This document shows positions 32,532 to 41,386 of a DNA stretch of 64,000 nt, piece by piece. The notes below the pieces were generated by a model. The model did no database searches and was not told the DNA's origin. It worked only from the letters and a program-made list of their open reading frames with translations. A program made the translations under genes and the position numbers. The stretch comes from an uncultured delta proteobacterium (lineage in GTDB: Bacteria > Desulfobacterota > Binatia > HRBIN30 > BPIQ01), in NCBI GenBank assembly GCA_963761335.1, contig CAVXGR010000012.1, positions 256,001 to 320,000 on the forward strand, given 5' to 3'. Position 1 is the stretch's first letter. Each line of letters starts with the position of its first letter.

Positions 32532-34922
32532 CTACACCGCAGCGCGCTGCTCGTCGGCAACGACACCGCTCAGGCGCACCACGAAGACGGAGCCGACACC
32601 GACGGTGCTCTCGACGTCGATGCTGCCGCCGAGGGCGTCGACCAGACGCTTGGCGATGTGGAGCCCGAGGCCCACCCCCTGATGACGACCGTTCTCGCCG
32701 CGGCCCTGCTGGAACATGTCGAAGATGACCCCCAGGTCGTCGACGGCGATGCCAACGCCGGTGTCGACCACTCGGAGGACAATGCCGTCGCGGTCGGGCT
32801 GCAGCGCGGCGTCGATGGTCACCGTTCCCTCGCGGGTGAACTTGACGGCGTTGCTCACCAGGTTCTTCAAGAGAAGCTTGAGCTTTCTGCGATCCGTGCA
32901 GAGCGCTGGAAAGCTCGGCAACACCTGCCAGCCGACGGCGACGGAGGCGCCGCCGTATGTCCCTTCGATCTCCACGGCGATCTCCGCGCACATCGTCGAC
33001 AGAGAGAAGATCGAGCACTCTACCGGGTCGCGGCCGGACTCGAGACGGTTGAGGTCGAGAGTCCCGGCGATCAGATCGAGGAGCTGCGACGCCTTGCGCT
33101 GCGAGGCGGCGAGCACGTCCCGCTGCTCCTCCACGAGCTCGCCGAAGGCGCCTTCGATGAGCAGCTCGCCGTAGCCGATGATGGCGTTCAGCGGCGTGCG
33201 CAGCTCGTGTGACATGGTGGCCACGAACTGCGACTTGAGCCGATTGGCGACCTGCACCGCACCGTGCAGCTGGGCGTTCTCCAGGGTCGCGCCGGCCTGC
33301 TGCAGGATGCCCTTGAGCAGCGCCAGCTCCGCTTCGCGGGCCCGCCGGCGGCCCTGCCCCAACCCAGCGGCCACGAACCCCAGAGGCGCGCTTGCGGCCC
33401 GCATGCCGCCGGCAAGCACTAGCTCCCCGGCCGCCGCAGGGGGCAGCGCCTGAGACAGCGGCCCGCGCCGGCTCCAGACGCCGAGCTCCTCGGCACCGCC
33501 GTCGCGCATGGACTCGAGGAAGGCGTCGCCGTCCACCTCGAGCTCCCGATCTTGCATGGCCTCGACGACAGAGTCGGCAACTCCGTTGAAAGCGCTCGGA
33601 ACGAAGAGCTGGCGCATTGGATTCCAGAGGTAGACGATGACCCACTGCGCCCCGAGGCTGTCCCGAGTGGCCTCCGCCAGCGACTCCACCAGCTGCTCCA
33701 CCTCCAGGGTGCCGCCGATCCGGCGCGAGATGTCGAGAAGCGCCGAGGTCACCCGGCTGCTCTCGCGGGCGGCGGCAAAGGAATGAGCGTTCTCCACGGC
33801 GATCGCCGCGTGTCGGGCGATGCCTTCCGCCAGCGCCAAGCGGCGCGCGTCGAAATATTGCTCGGAGCTTGACGAGAAGATCACGCAGCCGCGGAGCCGG
33901 GCGCGCTCGAAGGGCACCACCAGAAGAACGTGGCCGGGGCGCACCAGCCGGTTGAGCTCACTGAGATCCGAGCTGGGAAGCTGCACCGCCGGGCGCTCGA
34001 AGAGCTGCTCGATCACCGCGGCCGACAACCCTGCCATGCCCTGGTCGATCTCGCCGCAGTCGGGCACCGCACCGGGAGCCTCGGTGCCATCCGGCTCGCG
34101 CAGCACGGTGACACACACCCTGTCACAGCCGACCAGCTCGCGGCCGCGCCGCACCAGAAGGTCGACCAGCTCCGCCGGCTCGAGCGAGAGGCTGAGCTCT
34201 CGGGTCAGCTCGAGAAGCGCCTGGCGGTCCTCGGCGACGATGCGCATGGCGCTCTCGGTGCGCCGCTCTCGCTCGGAGAGATAGGCGAGTGCATAGGCGA
34301 GGGCGCCGAGGAAGACCGCGATGCCGATGGCCTGGGTGGCGACAAAGCCCGGAGAGCCGTAGAGCGCCGTCACTGCCGGCGCCGGAATTGGCGACGGCAG
34401 CACGCCGGCGACCTCGGCGGCAAACAGAGCCAGCAGGCCACCGATGCCGAACAGCACCAGCCACACGGCATTGCGACCCGGAAGGATGACGGCGCTGATC
34501 AAGGGCGGCGTCGCCGGATAGTAGAACCACGGGCTCACCGTGCCACCGGTGAAATGCACCAGAACCGTGAGGACCGCAAAGTCGAACAGGCCGCCGAGCG
34601 AGCTCATGAACCGCAGCAGGCCGTCCGGCGGCTCGGCGGCGCGCCAGCGCCGCAGCAACAGCCAGAAGGTGCCGTTGTACAGCATCACCGCGCCGCTGAG
34701 GGCGGCCACCATCGCCAGGGAGAACGGCAGCCCGGTCAGCGCCCGTGCCGAGGCGACCAGGGCGACTGCGACCGGCAGCATGGCAAAGCGCAAAGCAACC
34801 ATCCAGCGCACCCGCGCCGCACCGCTCGATGCCGGGAGCGGAACACTCCCCTCGCTTCCTGCGATCTCCGCCTCTTCCATCCTGCGAATTCCCTCGGAAA
34901 CCTGCGACAAGATCCCTTCCAA
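32532..34922 (-). CDS. Membrane sensor histidine kinase with two GAF domains
   Basis: Multi-TM N-terminus, GAF-like segments, H-box MSHELRTPL, NLVSNAVKFT, DTGVG, GLGL. Start uncertain (34880-34922). Confidence 0.9.
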   Translation of the reverse strand: MEGILSQVSEGIRRMEEAEIAGSEGSVPLPASSGAARVRWMVALRFAMLPVAVALVASARALTGLPFSLAMVAALSGAVMLYNGTFWLLLRRWRAAEPPDGLLRFMSSLGGLFDFAVLTVLVHFTGGTVSPWFYYPATPPLISAVILPGRNAVWLVLFGIGGLLALFAAEVAGVLPSPIPAPAVTALYGSPGFVATQAIGIAVFLGALAYALAYLSERERRTESAMRIVAEDRQALLELTRELSLSLEPAELVDLLVRRGRELVGCDRVCVTVLREPDGTEAPGAVPDCGEIDQGMAGLSAAVIEQLFERPAVQLPSSDLSELNRLVRPGHVLLVVPFERARLRGCVIFSSSSEQYFDARRLALAEGIARHAAIAVENAHSFAAARESSRVTSALLDISRRIGGTLEVEQLVESLAEATRDSLGAQWVIVYLWNPMRQLFVPSAFNGVADSVVEAMQDRELEVDGDAFLESMRDGGAEELGVWSRRGPLSQALPPAAAGELVLAGGMRAASAPLGFVAAGLGQGRRRAREAELALLKGILQQAGATLENAQLHGAVQVANRLKSQFVATMSHELRTPLNAIIGYGELLIEGAFGELVEEQRDVLAASQRKASQLLDLIAGTLDLNRLESGRDPVECSIFSLSTMCAEIAVEIEGTYGGASVAVGWQVLPSFPALCTDRRKLKLLLKNLVSNAVKFTREGTVTIDAALQPDRDGIVLRVVDTGVGIAVDDLGVIFDMFQQGRGENGRHQGVGLGLHIAKRLVDALGGSIDVESTVGVGSVFVVRLSGVVADEQRAAV

Positions 34923-35091
34923 GCTGCCTTCGGCTATGTTCCAGCAACAAGCGTGCTAGTCGCTGGGCCATTCGATCTCCGAGTCGCCTTCCAGTGTCCC
35001 GACAGCTTTGCGCTGCGAATTCGCCGTAGCGGCGGGCCTCGCCCTCGGGCTTGGAGGTCATCGCCGCAGGAACATGTAGCCCTCCGCCAAT

Positions 35092-35141
35092 GTAGAAGCG
35101 GCGTCCCGCCGCTTCCGGAAGCGCCGAGACGGCGCTTCTAC
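35092..35141. repeat. REP family B doublet
   Basis: GTAGaagcggcgtcccgccgcttccggaagcgccgagacggcgcttCTAC. Confidence 0.85.
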
Positions 35142-35176
35142 TTTGACGACGTTTCGACCATGCGAACGCCCAGCCG

Positions 35177-36229
35177 CTACGCCTCGAGCCAGCGGACGGA
35201 TGTGCCGTGGGGGTCGGCTTCCGCGAGCACCCGCTCGCCAACCCCGGGCCAGAGGCGCAGGCGCAGATCGGCGCCTTCGGCGCGCCGCGTCTCGAGCTGG
35301 AGCCACGCCAGCGGCGCGCCGGCATGGGCGCGGTCGCCGGCGGCTTCGATGCACTGCGACACGGCGTCGCGCTCGGCTTCCGGCATGTACCACCACATGA
35401 TCGAATGGAAGACGACGGTCGCCTCCCCCTCGGGCAGCGTCGCCAGCTCGCGCTCGAGCCAAGCGGCGGCCGAGGCACGCACCAGCGGCGGCGGCTGGCG
35501 ACGGGCCAGCTCCGTCGCGGCGCGGAACACCTCCAGACGCTTCAGCTGGTCGGGCCAGATGAACGACTCGATCGCCCTCACCTGGGCTTCGTCGGCAACC
35601 TCGACAGGCGCGAGGTCGCAGCCGCTCCGGCTGGAGACGGTAGCCGCGCTCTTCAGCACCTCGCCGTTCCCGTCCCATGAACCCCGAATGCAGACGGATG
35701 ACGAGGGGTCTCCCCAGGCACCGCCGCCGCTCAGCTGGTAGCGATAGCGATCCCACAGGAGATTGAGGCCGGCGCTGGCGCCGATCTCGCGGATCCGCAG
35801 AGGCAGACGCGTGGCCGCGGCGATGCGCAGAAAGCCGCCGAGGAGAACGGCCGAGCGATTCACCTCGTTGGTCTGCACGCCGCGCGACAGATCGGCGCGC
35901 AGCTGTGGAGCGCGATCCACCACTGTCGCCACAAAGGCGTCCCACACCTGCGGCCACCTGGGCGCACCGCCGGCCGACGGATAGTGCGCCGCGAGAGCGG
36001 GCTCCTCGCCGGCAAGCACTCGGCGGTGAATCGCACCCATGAAGCGCAGCGGCATGGCGTCGGTGAGGACGTTGCCGCTCCAGCCCTCGACGACGCCGGC
36101 GATCGGCCCGCGGGCATCGATGTCATCCGCGGCGCGCTCGAGGAGCCGAGCATAGAGCGGCGAGCCGAGCTTCCCGCACCACTGCGCCTGAAAGCGAAAC
36201 CCCGCGGCGATCTCGTCGAGCGTTGCCAT
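35177..36229 (-). CDS. DUF2332 family protein
   Basis: C.KLGSPLY, QTNEVNR, EIGASAGLNL, IWPDQ, FHSIMWWY, DPHG. Confidence 0.88.
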   Translation of the reverse strand: MATLDEIAAGFRFQAQWCGKLGSPLYARLLERAADDIDARGPIAGVVEGWSGNVLTDAMPLRFMGAIHRRVLAGEEPALAAHYPSAGGAPRWPQVWDAFVATVVDRAPQLRADLSRGVQTNEVNRSAVLLGGFLRIAAATRLPLRIREIGASAGLNLLWDRYRYQLSGGGAWGDPSSSVCIRGSWDGNGEVLKSAATVSSRSGCDLAPVEVADEAQVRAIESFIWPDQLKRLEVFRAATELARRQPPPLVRASAAAWLERELATLPEGEATVVFHSIMWWYMPEAERDAVSQCIEAAGDRAHAGAPLAWLQLETRRAEGADLRLRLWPGVGERVLAEADPHGTSVRWLEA

Positions 36230-36332
36230 CTCTGCCCCCCGAACTTGGGAGCTCACCGCACCTCCTCCGTTGCTCCGCTTCACCGCGGCGGCGTCCGTAT
36301 GTCAAGCAACGAGGCCCGTCGCGCGGGCCAAG

Positions 36333-36382
36333 GTAGAAGCGGCGTCTCGCCGCTTGCGGAAGCGCCGAGACGGCGCTTCCGC
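36333..36382. repeat. REP family B doublet
   Basis: GTAGaagcggcgtctcgccgcttgcggaagcgccgagacggcgcttccgc; near-identical to 35092-35141. Confidence 0.85.
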
Positions 36383-36424
36383 TCTACACCCGAGGCGGCA
36401 CCCCCGCGCCAGCGACCGCCGCGC

Positions 36425-37321
36425 TCACTTGAGCCCCGCGTTCATGCGCGTGATCTCGTAGACGACGCTGACGTCCTTGCCACCCAGGCCGTGCGCCACG
36501 GCTGTGAGCGCCTTGTCGCGAATGACGTTCGCGAACGGCAGCGGGGCGCGGACCTCCGTCGATGCCTCAAGGACCAGGAGCGCATCCTTGAGGCCGCCCA
36601 TGAGGTCGAAGCCGACGTCGTCGAAGCGACGTTCGCGCATGCGGGAGGCGTACTCCTGCAGCCCCGGATGACTGAACATCGTCTGCATCACCATGTCCAG
36701 ATGCTGCGGCTCGATGCCGCTCTTCTCACCGAACGCGAACACCTGCCCGATGAGGTCGACGACCGCGCCCAATGCGTAGTTGACCGCGAGCTTCAGGCTG
36801 TTGGCAACCGCCGGGGTGGCGCTGACCGGAACCGCGGCCCGCGAATAGGCGCCGAGCACGGCTTGACTGCGCTCGATGGCATCTGCATCTCCGGCGACGA
36901 AGCTGAGGAGCTGCCCCGCTTCCGCGACGTCCGGCCGTCCCAGCACCGGTCCGGCGACGTAGTCGCTGCCGTGGGCGGCGTGCAGCTCAGTGAGAGTCCG
37001 CGCACAGCGCGGAGAGACGGTCGTCGTGCCGAGGTGAACGGCTCCGGGCCGCAGTCCCTTCAGCACCCCGGTCTCTCCCTCGACCGCGTCCAGCACCGAC
37101 TGATCGTCCATGAGGCTGGTGACGACGACGTCGGCGTTGGCTGCGGCTTCGGCAGGAGAGGCCGCGGCCGCCGCACCGGCCTCGAGGAACGGCTTCATCT
37201 TCGACGCCGTGCGGTTGTGCACGGTGAGCGTGAACCCGCCCTTCATGATGTTGCGCGCGATCGCAGATCCCATGCGACCGAGCCCGATGAAACCGACACG
37301 CACCGTTTCCGACATCGTCAT
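36425..37321 (-). CDS. NAD(P)-dependent beta-hydroxyacid dehydrogenase (3-hydroxyisobutyrate DH family)
   Basis: GFIGLGRMG, HNRT, GPVLG, catalytic KLAVN, KD motif. Confidence 0.88.
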   Translation of the reverse strand: MTMSETVRVGFIGLGRMGSAIARNIMKGGFTLTVHNRTASKMKPFLEAGAAAAASPAEAAANADVVVTSLMDDQSVLDAVEGETGVLKGLRPGAVHLGTTTVSPRCARTLTELHAAHGSDYVAGPVLGRPDVAEAGQLLSFVAGDADAIERSQAVLGAYSRAAVPVSATPAVANSLKLAVNYALGAVVDLIGQVFAFGEKSGIEPQHLDMVMQTMFSHPGLQEYASRMRERRFDDVGFDLMGGLKDALLVLEASTEVRAPLPFANVIRDKALTAVAHGLGGKDVSVVYEITRMNAGLK

Positions 37322-37355
37322 GCTCCGTGTGTCTGTACCGTTTATCTCATACGAG

Positions 37356-37530
37356 AAATGGGGACAGGCTACTTTTGCCCTCGAAGTACCACGACGGCAA
37401 CCAGTTCGTCCGCAAAAGTTGCCTGTCCCCGCGGTGTCGCGGCGGTCGGGGACAGGCACCTTTTCGGCGACTCCCGTCAAATCCTTCTTGCGACGCGTCC
37501 CTGGCGCCGAAACATTGCCTGTCCCCGTTT
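37356..37530. repeat. Repeat family C, two tandem inverted pairs
   Basis: ggggacaggctactttt / aaaagttgcctgtcccc / ggggacaggcacctttt / aaacattgcctgtcccc. Confidence 0.85.
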
Positions 37531-37556
37531 GCGGCCGGGACGGCCGCGCTCCCGGG

Positions 37557-38783
37557 TCAGGTCCGGTAGTCGGAGTTGAACTTCACGTAATCGACGCTCA
37601 GATCAGACGCCATGCGCTCGGCGACGGCGTGGCCGGCGTGGAGGTCGATCGAGAGCGAGAACTCGTCCCTGGCGACTACGGCACTGGCGCGGCGCTCGAC
37701 GGCGGGGGTGATGATCTCGCTGCCGCGGCGGACCACCTGGACGTCGTCGAGAAAGACGTCGAGGAGGCGCGGGTCGAAGCGGGCGCCGCTGTAGCCGGCG
37801 GCGCAGACGATGCGGCCGGCGTAGGGGTCGCCGCCGTAGAAGGCGGCCTTGCAGAGCGGCGAGCGGGCCACGGTGTCGGCGACGCGCTCGGCGTCGGCGA
37901 GATTGCGGGCGCCGCGCACCCGAATGTCGATGAGCTTGGTAGCGCCCTCGCCGTCCTTCACCACCAGCCGCGCCAGCTGGCGCATGACGCGGCCGACGGC
38001 CCCGCAGAAGGCCGCCAGGTCGGGCGAGCGCAGGGTGATCGGCCGGTTGCCGGCGGCGCCGTTGGCCAGCAGCACGGCGGTGTCGTTGGTGCTGGTGTCA
38101 CCGTCGACGACGATGGCGTTGAACGACTGCGGCAGGGCGATCTTCAGGGCCCGCTGCAGCGCCGGAGCGGCGACTGCGGCGTCGGTGAGCACGTAGGCGA
38201 GCATGGTGGCGTGCGGCACCGGAGCCATGTCTGGGGCGATCATTCCCGCCCCCTTGGCGATGCCGACCACGGCAATCTCGGCGCCGTTCAAGCCGATGTG
38301 CTCGACCGCCCACTTCGGGAAGGCATCGGTGGTCATCATCCCCTCGAGGGCGCGGTCGATGCCGTCGGCGGAGAGCTCCGCACACGCCTGCAGGACGCCG
38401 CGGCGGATGAGGCGCGCCGGCAGCTGCACACCGATTCTCCCCGTCGATGACGGCAGCACCAAACGCTCGGCGATGCCGAGCCGACGGGCCACGAGGGCGC
38501 AGAGCTGACGTGCCAGTGCCTCGCCGTCGCGGCCGGTGTAGGCGTTGGCGTTGCCGCTGTTGACCAGGATCGCCTGCAGGGCGCCGCGGCGGACGCGCTC
38601 GGCGCCGATCACCACCGGCGCCGCCTTCACCAGGTTGCGCGTGAACGCCGCCGCCGCGGTCGCCGGCGCGTCGGAAACGATCAGTGCGACGTCGCGCCTG
38701 CCGCTCTCCTTGAGCCCGCAGTGGACGCCCGCGAAGCGGAAGCCGCGAAGGCGCAGGCGGGGCGGCTCGAGGGCAACCTTCAT
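37557..38783 (-). CDS. argJ: Ornithine acetyltransferase / N-acetylglutamate synthase
   Basis: NSGNANA, MTTD, KGAGMI.P, ATML autoproteolysis site, DGDTSTND, DGEGATK. Confidence 0.96.
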   Translation of the reverse strand: MKVALEPPRLRLRGFRFAGVHCGLKESGRRDVALIVSDAPATAAAAFTRNLVKAAPVVIGAERVRRGALQAILVNSGNANAYTGRDGEALARQLCALVARRLGIAERLVLPSSTGRIGVQLPARLIRRGVLQACAELSADGIDRALEGMMTTDAFPKWAVEHIGLNGAEIAVVGIAKGAGMIAPDMAPVPHATMLAYVLTDAAVAAPALQRALKIALPQSFNAIVVDGDTSTNDTAVLLANGAAGNRPITLRSPDLAAFCGAVGRVMRQLARLVVKDGEGATKLIDIRVRGARNLADAERVADTVARSPLCKAAFYGGDPYAGRIVCAAGYSGARFDPRLLDVFLDDVQVVRRGSEIITPAVERRASAVVARDEFSLSIDLHAGHAVAERMASDLSVDYVKFNSDYRT

Positions 38784-38799
38784 GGTGCGGGTACCGGGC

Positions 38800-39564
38800 T
38801 CAGCCGGCGATCAGCCGCAGGACCTGGTCGTGCACCAGGCCGTTGGTGCACACGCCGGCGCCGTTGTAGATGGTCGCCTGGCCGTCGAGATCGCTGAAGC
38901 GCCCCCCCGCCTCCTCGACCAGGATCTTGAGCGGCGCCATGTCCCACGGCTTGAGATCGAGCTCGACCATCGCCTCCGCCTGACCGCGGGCTACGAAGAC
39001 GTGGCCGAGATAATCGCCGTAGCCCCGCTGACGCCCGGCGGCCGCCACCAGCCGCTCGAAGGCATCCCAGCGCCCGGCCTTGCGCCAGGCGTTGATGCCA
39101 CCGAAGAGCACCATGCCCTCGGCGAGGTCCGCACGCGTGGAGACGTGCAGGGGCCCGCGCGGTCCGTGCGCCCCCCTCCCTTTCGCCGCCCAGAAGAGCT
39201 CACCGGAGATCGGCTCGTGGACCACGCCGAGGGTGATCTCGCCCCGCTCCTCGAGGCCGATCAGGGTGGCGAAGTAGGGAATGTTGCGCACGAAGCTCTT
39301 GGTGCCGTCGAGCGGATCGACGATCCAGCGCGCCTCGGCGCCGGGGCGCTCCCCGGACTCCTCACCGAAGAAGCCGTATCCCGGAAAGGCCTCGGCCAAC
39401 ACCTCGACGATGCGCTCCTCCGCCTCGCGGTCGGCGACGGTCACCGGCGAGAGGTCGCTCTTGCGGTCGACGCGCACGCCGGTCTCGAAGTACCGCCGAA
39501 TCACCTCGCCCGCGGCCCGGGCGGCGGCGATTGCGGCCTCGAGCTGTCGATCAGAACTGCTGAT
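38800..39564 (-). CDS. hisN: Inositol monophosphatase family, histidinol-phosphatase-like
   Basis: KSDLSPVTVAD, GEE, WIVDPLDGTKSFVR, WDMAP..ILVEEAGG. Start codon unclear. Confidence 0.75.
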   Translation of the reverse strand: MSSSDRQLEAAIAAARAAGEVIRRYFETGVRVDRKSDLSPVTVADREAEERIVEVLAEAFPGYGFFGEESGERPGAEARWIVDPLDGTKSFVRNIPYFATLIGLEERGEITLGVVHEPISGELFWAAKGRGAHGPRGPLHVSTRADLAEGMVLFGGINAWRKAGRWDAFERLVAAAGRQRGYGDYLGHVFVARGQAEAMVELDLKPWDMAPLKILVEEAGGRFSDLDGQATIYNGAGVCTNGLVHDQVLRLIAG

Positions 39565-39868
39565 GGGCCGACTCGATCGAGTGAGGATGCGGCTGCAGCG
39601 GTACCCAGTTGCCGTCCTTCCGCGGGCGCAGGTGCAGTGGGTCACTGGCGGCGCGAGCGATCAGGCCGATCGGTAAGACGATGATGAAGAACAGAATGGT
39701 CATGATCAGGCGCGTCTGGAACACGCCGATCACGTGCGCAATCCGCTTCCATCCCTCCCAGGCCCGCCGCCACAGCGACTGAGCCGGCGCGGCCGGGACA
39801 TCCCGGGTCGCCGAGGCTTGCATCTTCAGGGGCACGCCGGGCACGGAGGAGGATGACATCGAACTCAT
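39551..39868 (-). CDS. SxtJ-like small membrane protein
   Basis: W..IAHVIG..QTRLIMTILFF....PIGLI.R...DPL...W...QF pattern. Confidence 0.65.
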   Translation of the reverse strand: MSSMSSSSVPGVPLKMQASATRDVPAAPAQSLWRRAWEGWKRIAHVIGVFQTRLIMTILFFIIVLPIGLIARAASDPLHLRPRKDGNWVPLQPHPHSIESAHQQF

Positions 39869-39916
39869 CCTTCCCCTATGGCAGAGGCCGATGTGTTTCT
39901 CAACAGAAATCCCGCC

Positions 39917-40270
39917 TCACCCATCCCACCCCCACTTGCGCTTGTTGGCCTCGATCTCCTCGGCCGTGGGCCGCGGCTGCTGCTCGTGCTTGCAGACCTC
40001 GAAATCGTCCTTGAGCTCCATCATCTTGTAGTTGAGGGGCGTGTCCTCCTTGAAGACGTCTGGAACGCCGGCCTCCTCGAAGATGGCCTGCCACGGACAC
40101 TCCGGCTCGCAGGCGCCGCAGTCGATGCACTCGTCCGGATGAATGTAGAGCTGGTTCGGAAAGGTCTCCGTATCGCTGCCGGTGTAGCGGTAGATGCAGT
40201 CCACCGGACACACGGCTACGCATGCGGTGTCGACGCAGTCCCGACAAAGTCTCGTGATGATGTAGGCCAT
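39917..40270 (-). CDS. Dicluster (7Fe/8Fe-type) ferredoxin
   Basis: [17 protein letters not shown] and [12 protein letters not shown]. Confidence 0.93.
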   Translation of the reverse strand: MAYIITRLCRDCVDTACVAVCPVDCIYRYTGSDTETFPNQLYIHPDECIDCGACEPECPWQAIFEEAGVPDVFKEDTPLNYKMMELKDDFEVCKHEQQPRPTAEEIEANKRKWGWDG

Positions 40271-40285
40271 CTCCTTCTCCTTGAC

Positions 40286-40753
40286 TCAACTTGCCCGCGG
40301 GGGGGCAGAACCATTTTCGCCCAGATCTCCCAGCCGCGGCACCAGCCCGCGTTGGTCGGCGATATCGCTGATCGAGACCTCTTCGAGGTAGCGACCCAAG
40401 GCTTCCTGCGCCCCCCGCCACACCGTGATCTGCGTGCACACCGGGGCGAAACAGCAGAACGCATCCTCGTCCTCGATACATTCCATAAGACACAGGGGTC
40501 CTTCAATGGACTCGTACACCTCTCGCAACGAAATTCTCTTCTCCGGCTGCCGCAGACGGAAGCCGCCGCGGGCCCCGGGCGTCGATGTCAGCAGGCCGTG
40601 CGCCACCAGCTTGCGGAGAATCTTCGAGAGAAAGTGTGGTGGAATCCTCTGTCTCTGCTGGATCTCGGCGCGCGGCACTACCCGCCCGCTGGGCTGCGCC
40701 GCCAGATAACAGAGGGCCCGCACCCCATAATCGATGCGGCGGCCGACGTTCAT
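40286..40753 (-). CDS. Rrf2 family transcriptional regulator with Cys cluster
   Basis: DYGVRAL, FLSKIL.KL, S.PGARGGF.L, IEGP; CLMEC...CC...C. Confidence 0.92.
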   Translation of the reverse strand: MNVGRRIDYGVRALCYLAAQPSGRVVPRAEIQQRQRIPPHFLSKILRKLVAHGLLTSTPGARGGFRLRQPEKRISLREVYESIEGPLCLMECIEDEDAFCCFAPVCTQITVWRGAQEALGRYLEEVSISDIADQRGLVPRLGDLGENGSAPPRAS

Positions 40754-40809
40754 CAAGGAGCTGCGCCGCGCCTGCCGCGGTCCGCGTTGCGAGTGCGCCA
40801 TGCGCGGCG

Positions 40810-40839
40810 AAACTAGACCTTGGGAATCCACAATGTCAA
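40810..40839 (-). promoter_or_regulatory. sigma70 promoter for the Rrf2-ferredoxin unit
   Basis: TTGACA-N18-TAGTTT on the minus strand. Confidence 0.55.
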
Positions 40840-40909
40840 ATCGGCTCCGGCGTCTTGACGCCGCCCCGCGGCGGTTCAAACTTGTGCTCCGAGAGGAAAG
40901 GAAGAGCCC

Positions 40910-41383
40910 ATGTATGTCACCGAGCTTTTGCAGGCCTGCAGTGAGCTGGAGGAAAACGTCGGCCGGATCTACCGCGCCTTCGCCACTCGATTCGACGGCA
41001 ACAAGCCCGCCGCTCGGCTGTGGCGCGAGATGGCGCTCGAGGAAGAGACCCACGCCGACGTCCTGGCACGCGAGTGCCGCGCCTTCGAGGAACGGGACGA
41101 CAGCGGCCCCTTTCTGGCGGAGTACGACCGCCGCATCGACGAGCTGCAGAAACGCATGCGCGCCGTCGAGCAACGCGCCGCCTCCTGCTCGCTCGACGAC
41201 GCCTTCGCCGTCGCCTCGGAGCTGGAGCGCTGCGGGCTCGAGGAGCTCTTTGAGGATCTCGTGGTTCAAGGGGATGAGGCCTTCAAGCTGCTGTCGGAGC
41301 GGCTGCAAGCGGCGCTCTCCTCCCTGCCCCCGCGGCAGGAACGAATCGCCAAGGTGGCGGAGGCGCACCGCAAGCAGAGTTGA
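40910..41383 (+). CDS. Ferritin-like / rubrerythrin-domain protein
   Basis: LEE..G.IY...W..MA.EE.THA...A.ELE pattern. Confidence 0.7.
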   Translation: MYVTELLQACSELEENVGRIYRAFATRFDGNKPAARLWREMALEEETHADVLARECRAFEERDDSGPFLAEYDRRIDELQKRMRAVEQRAASCSLDDAFAVASELERCGLEELFEDLVVQGDEAFKLLSERLQAALSSLPPRQERIAKVAEAHRKQS

Positions 41384-41386
41384 CTC

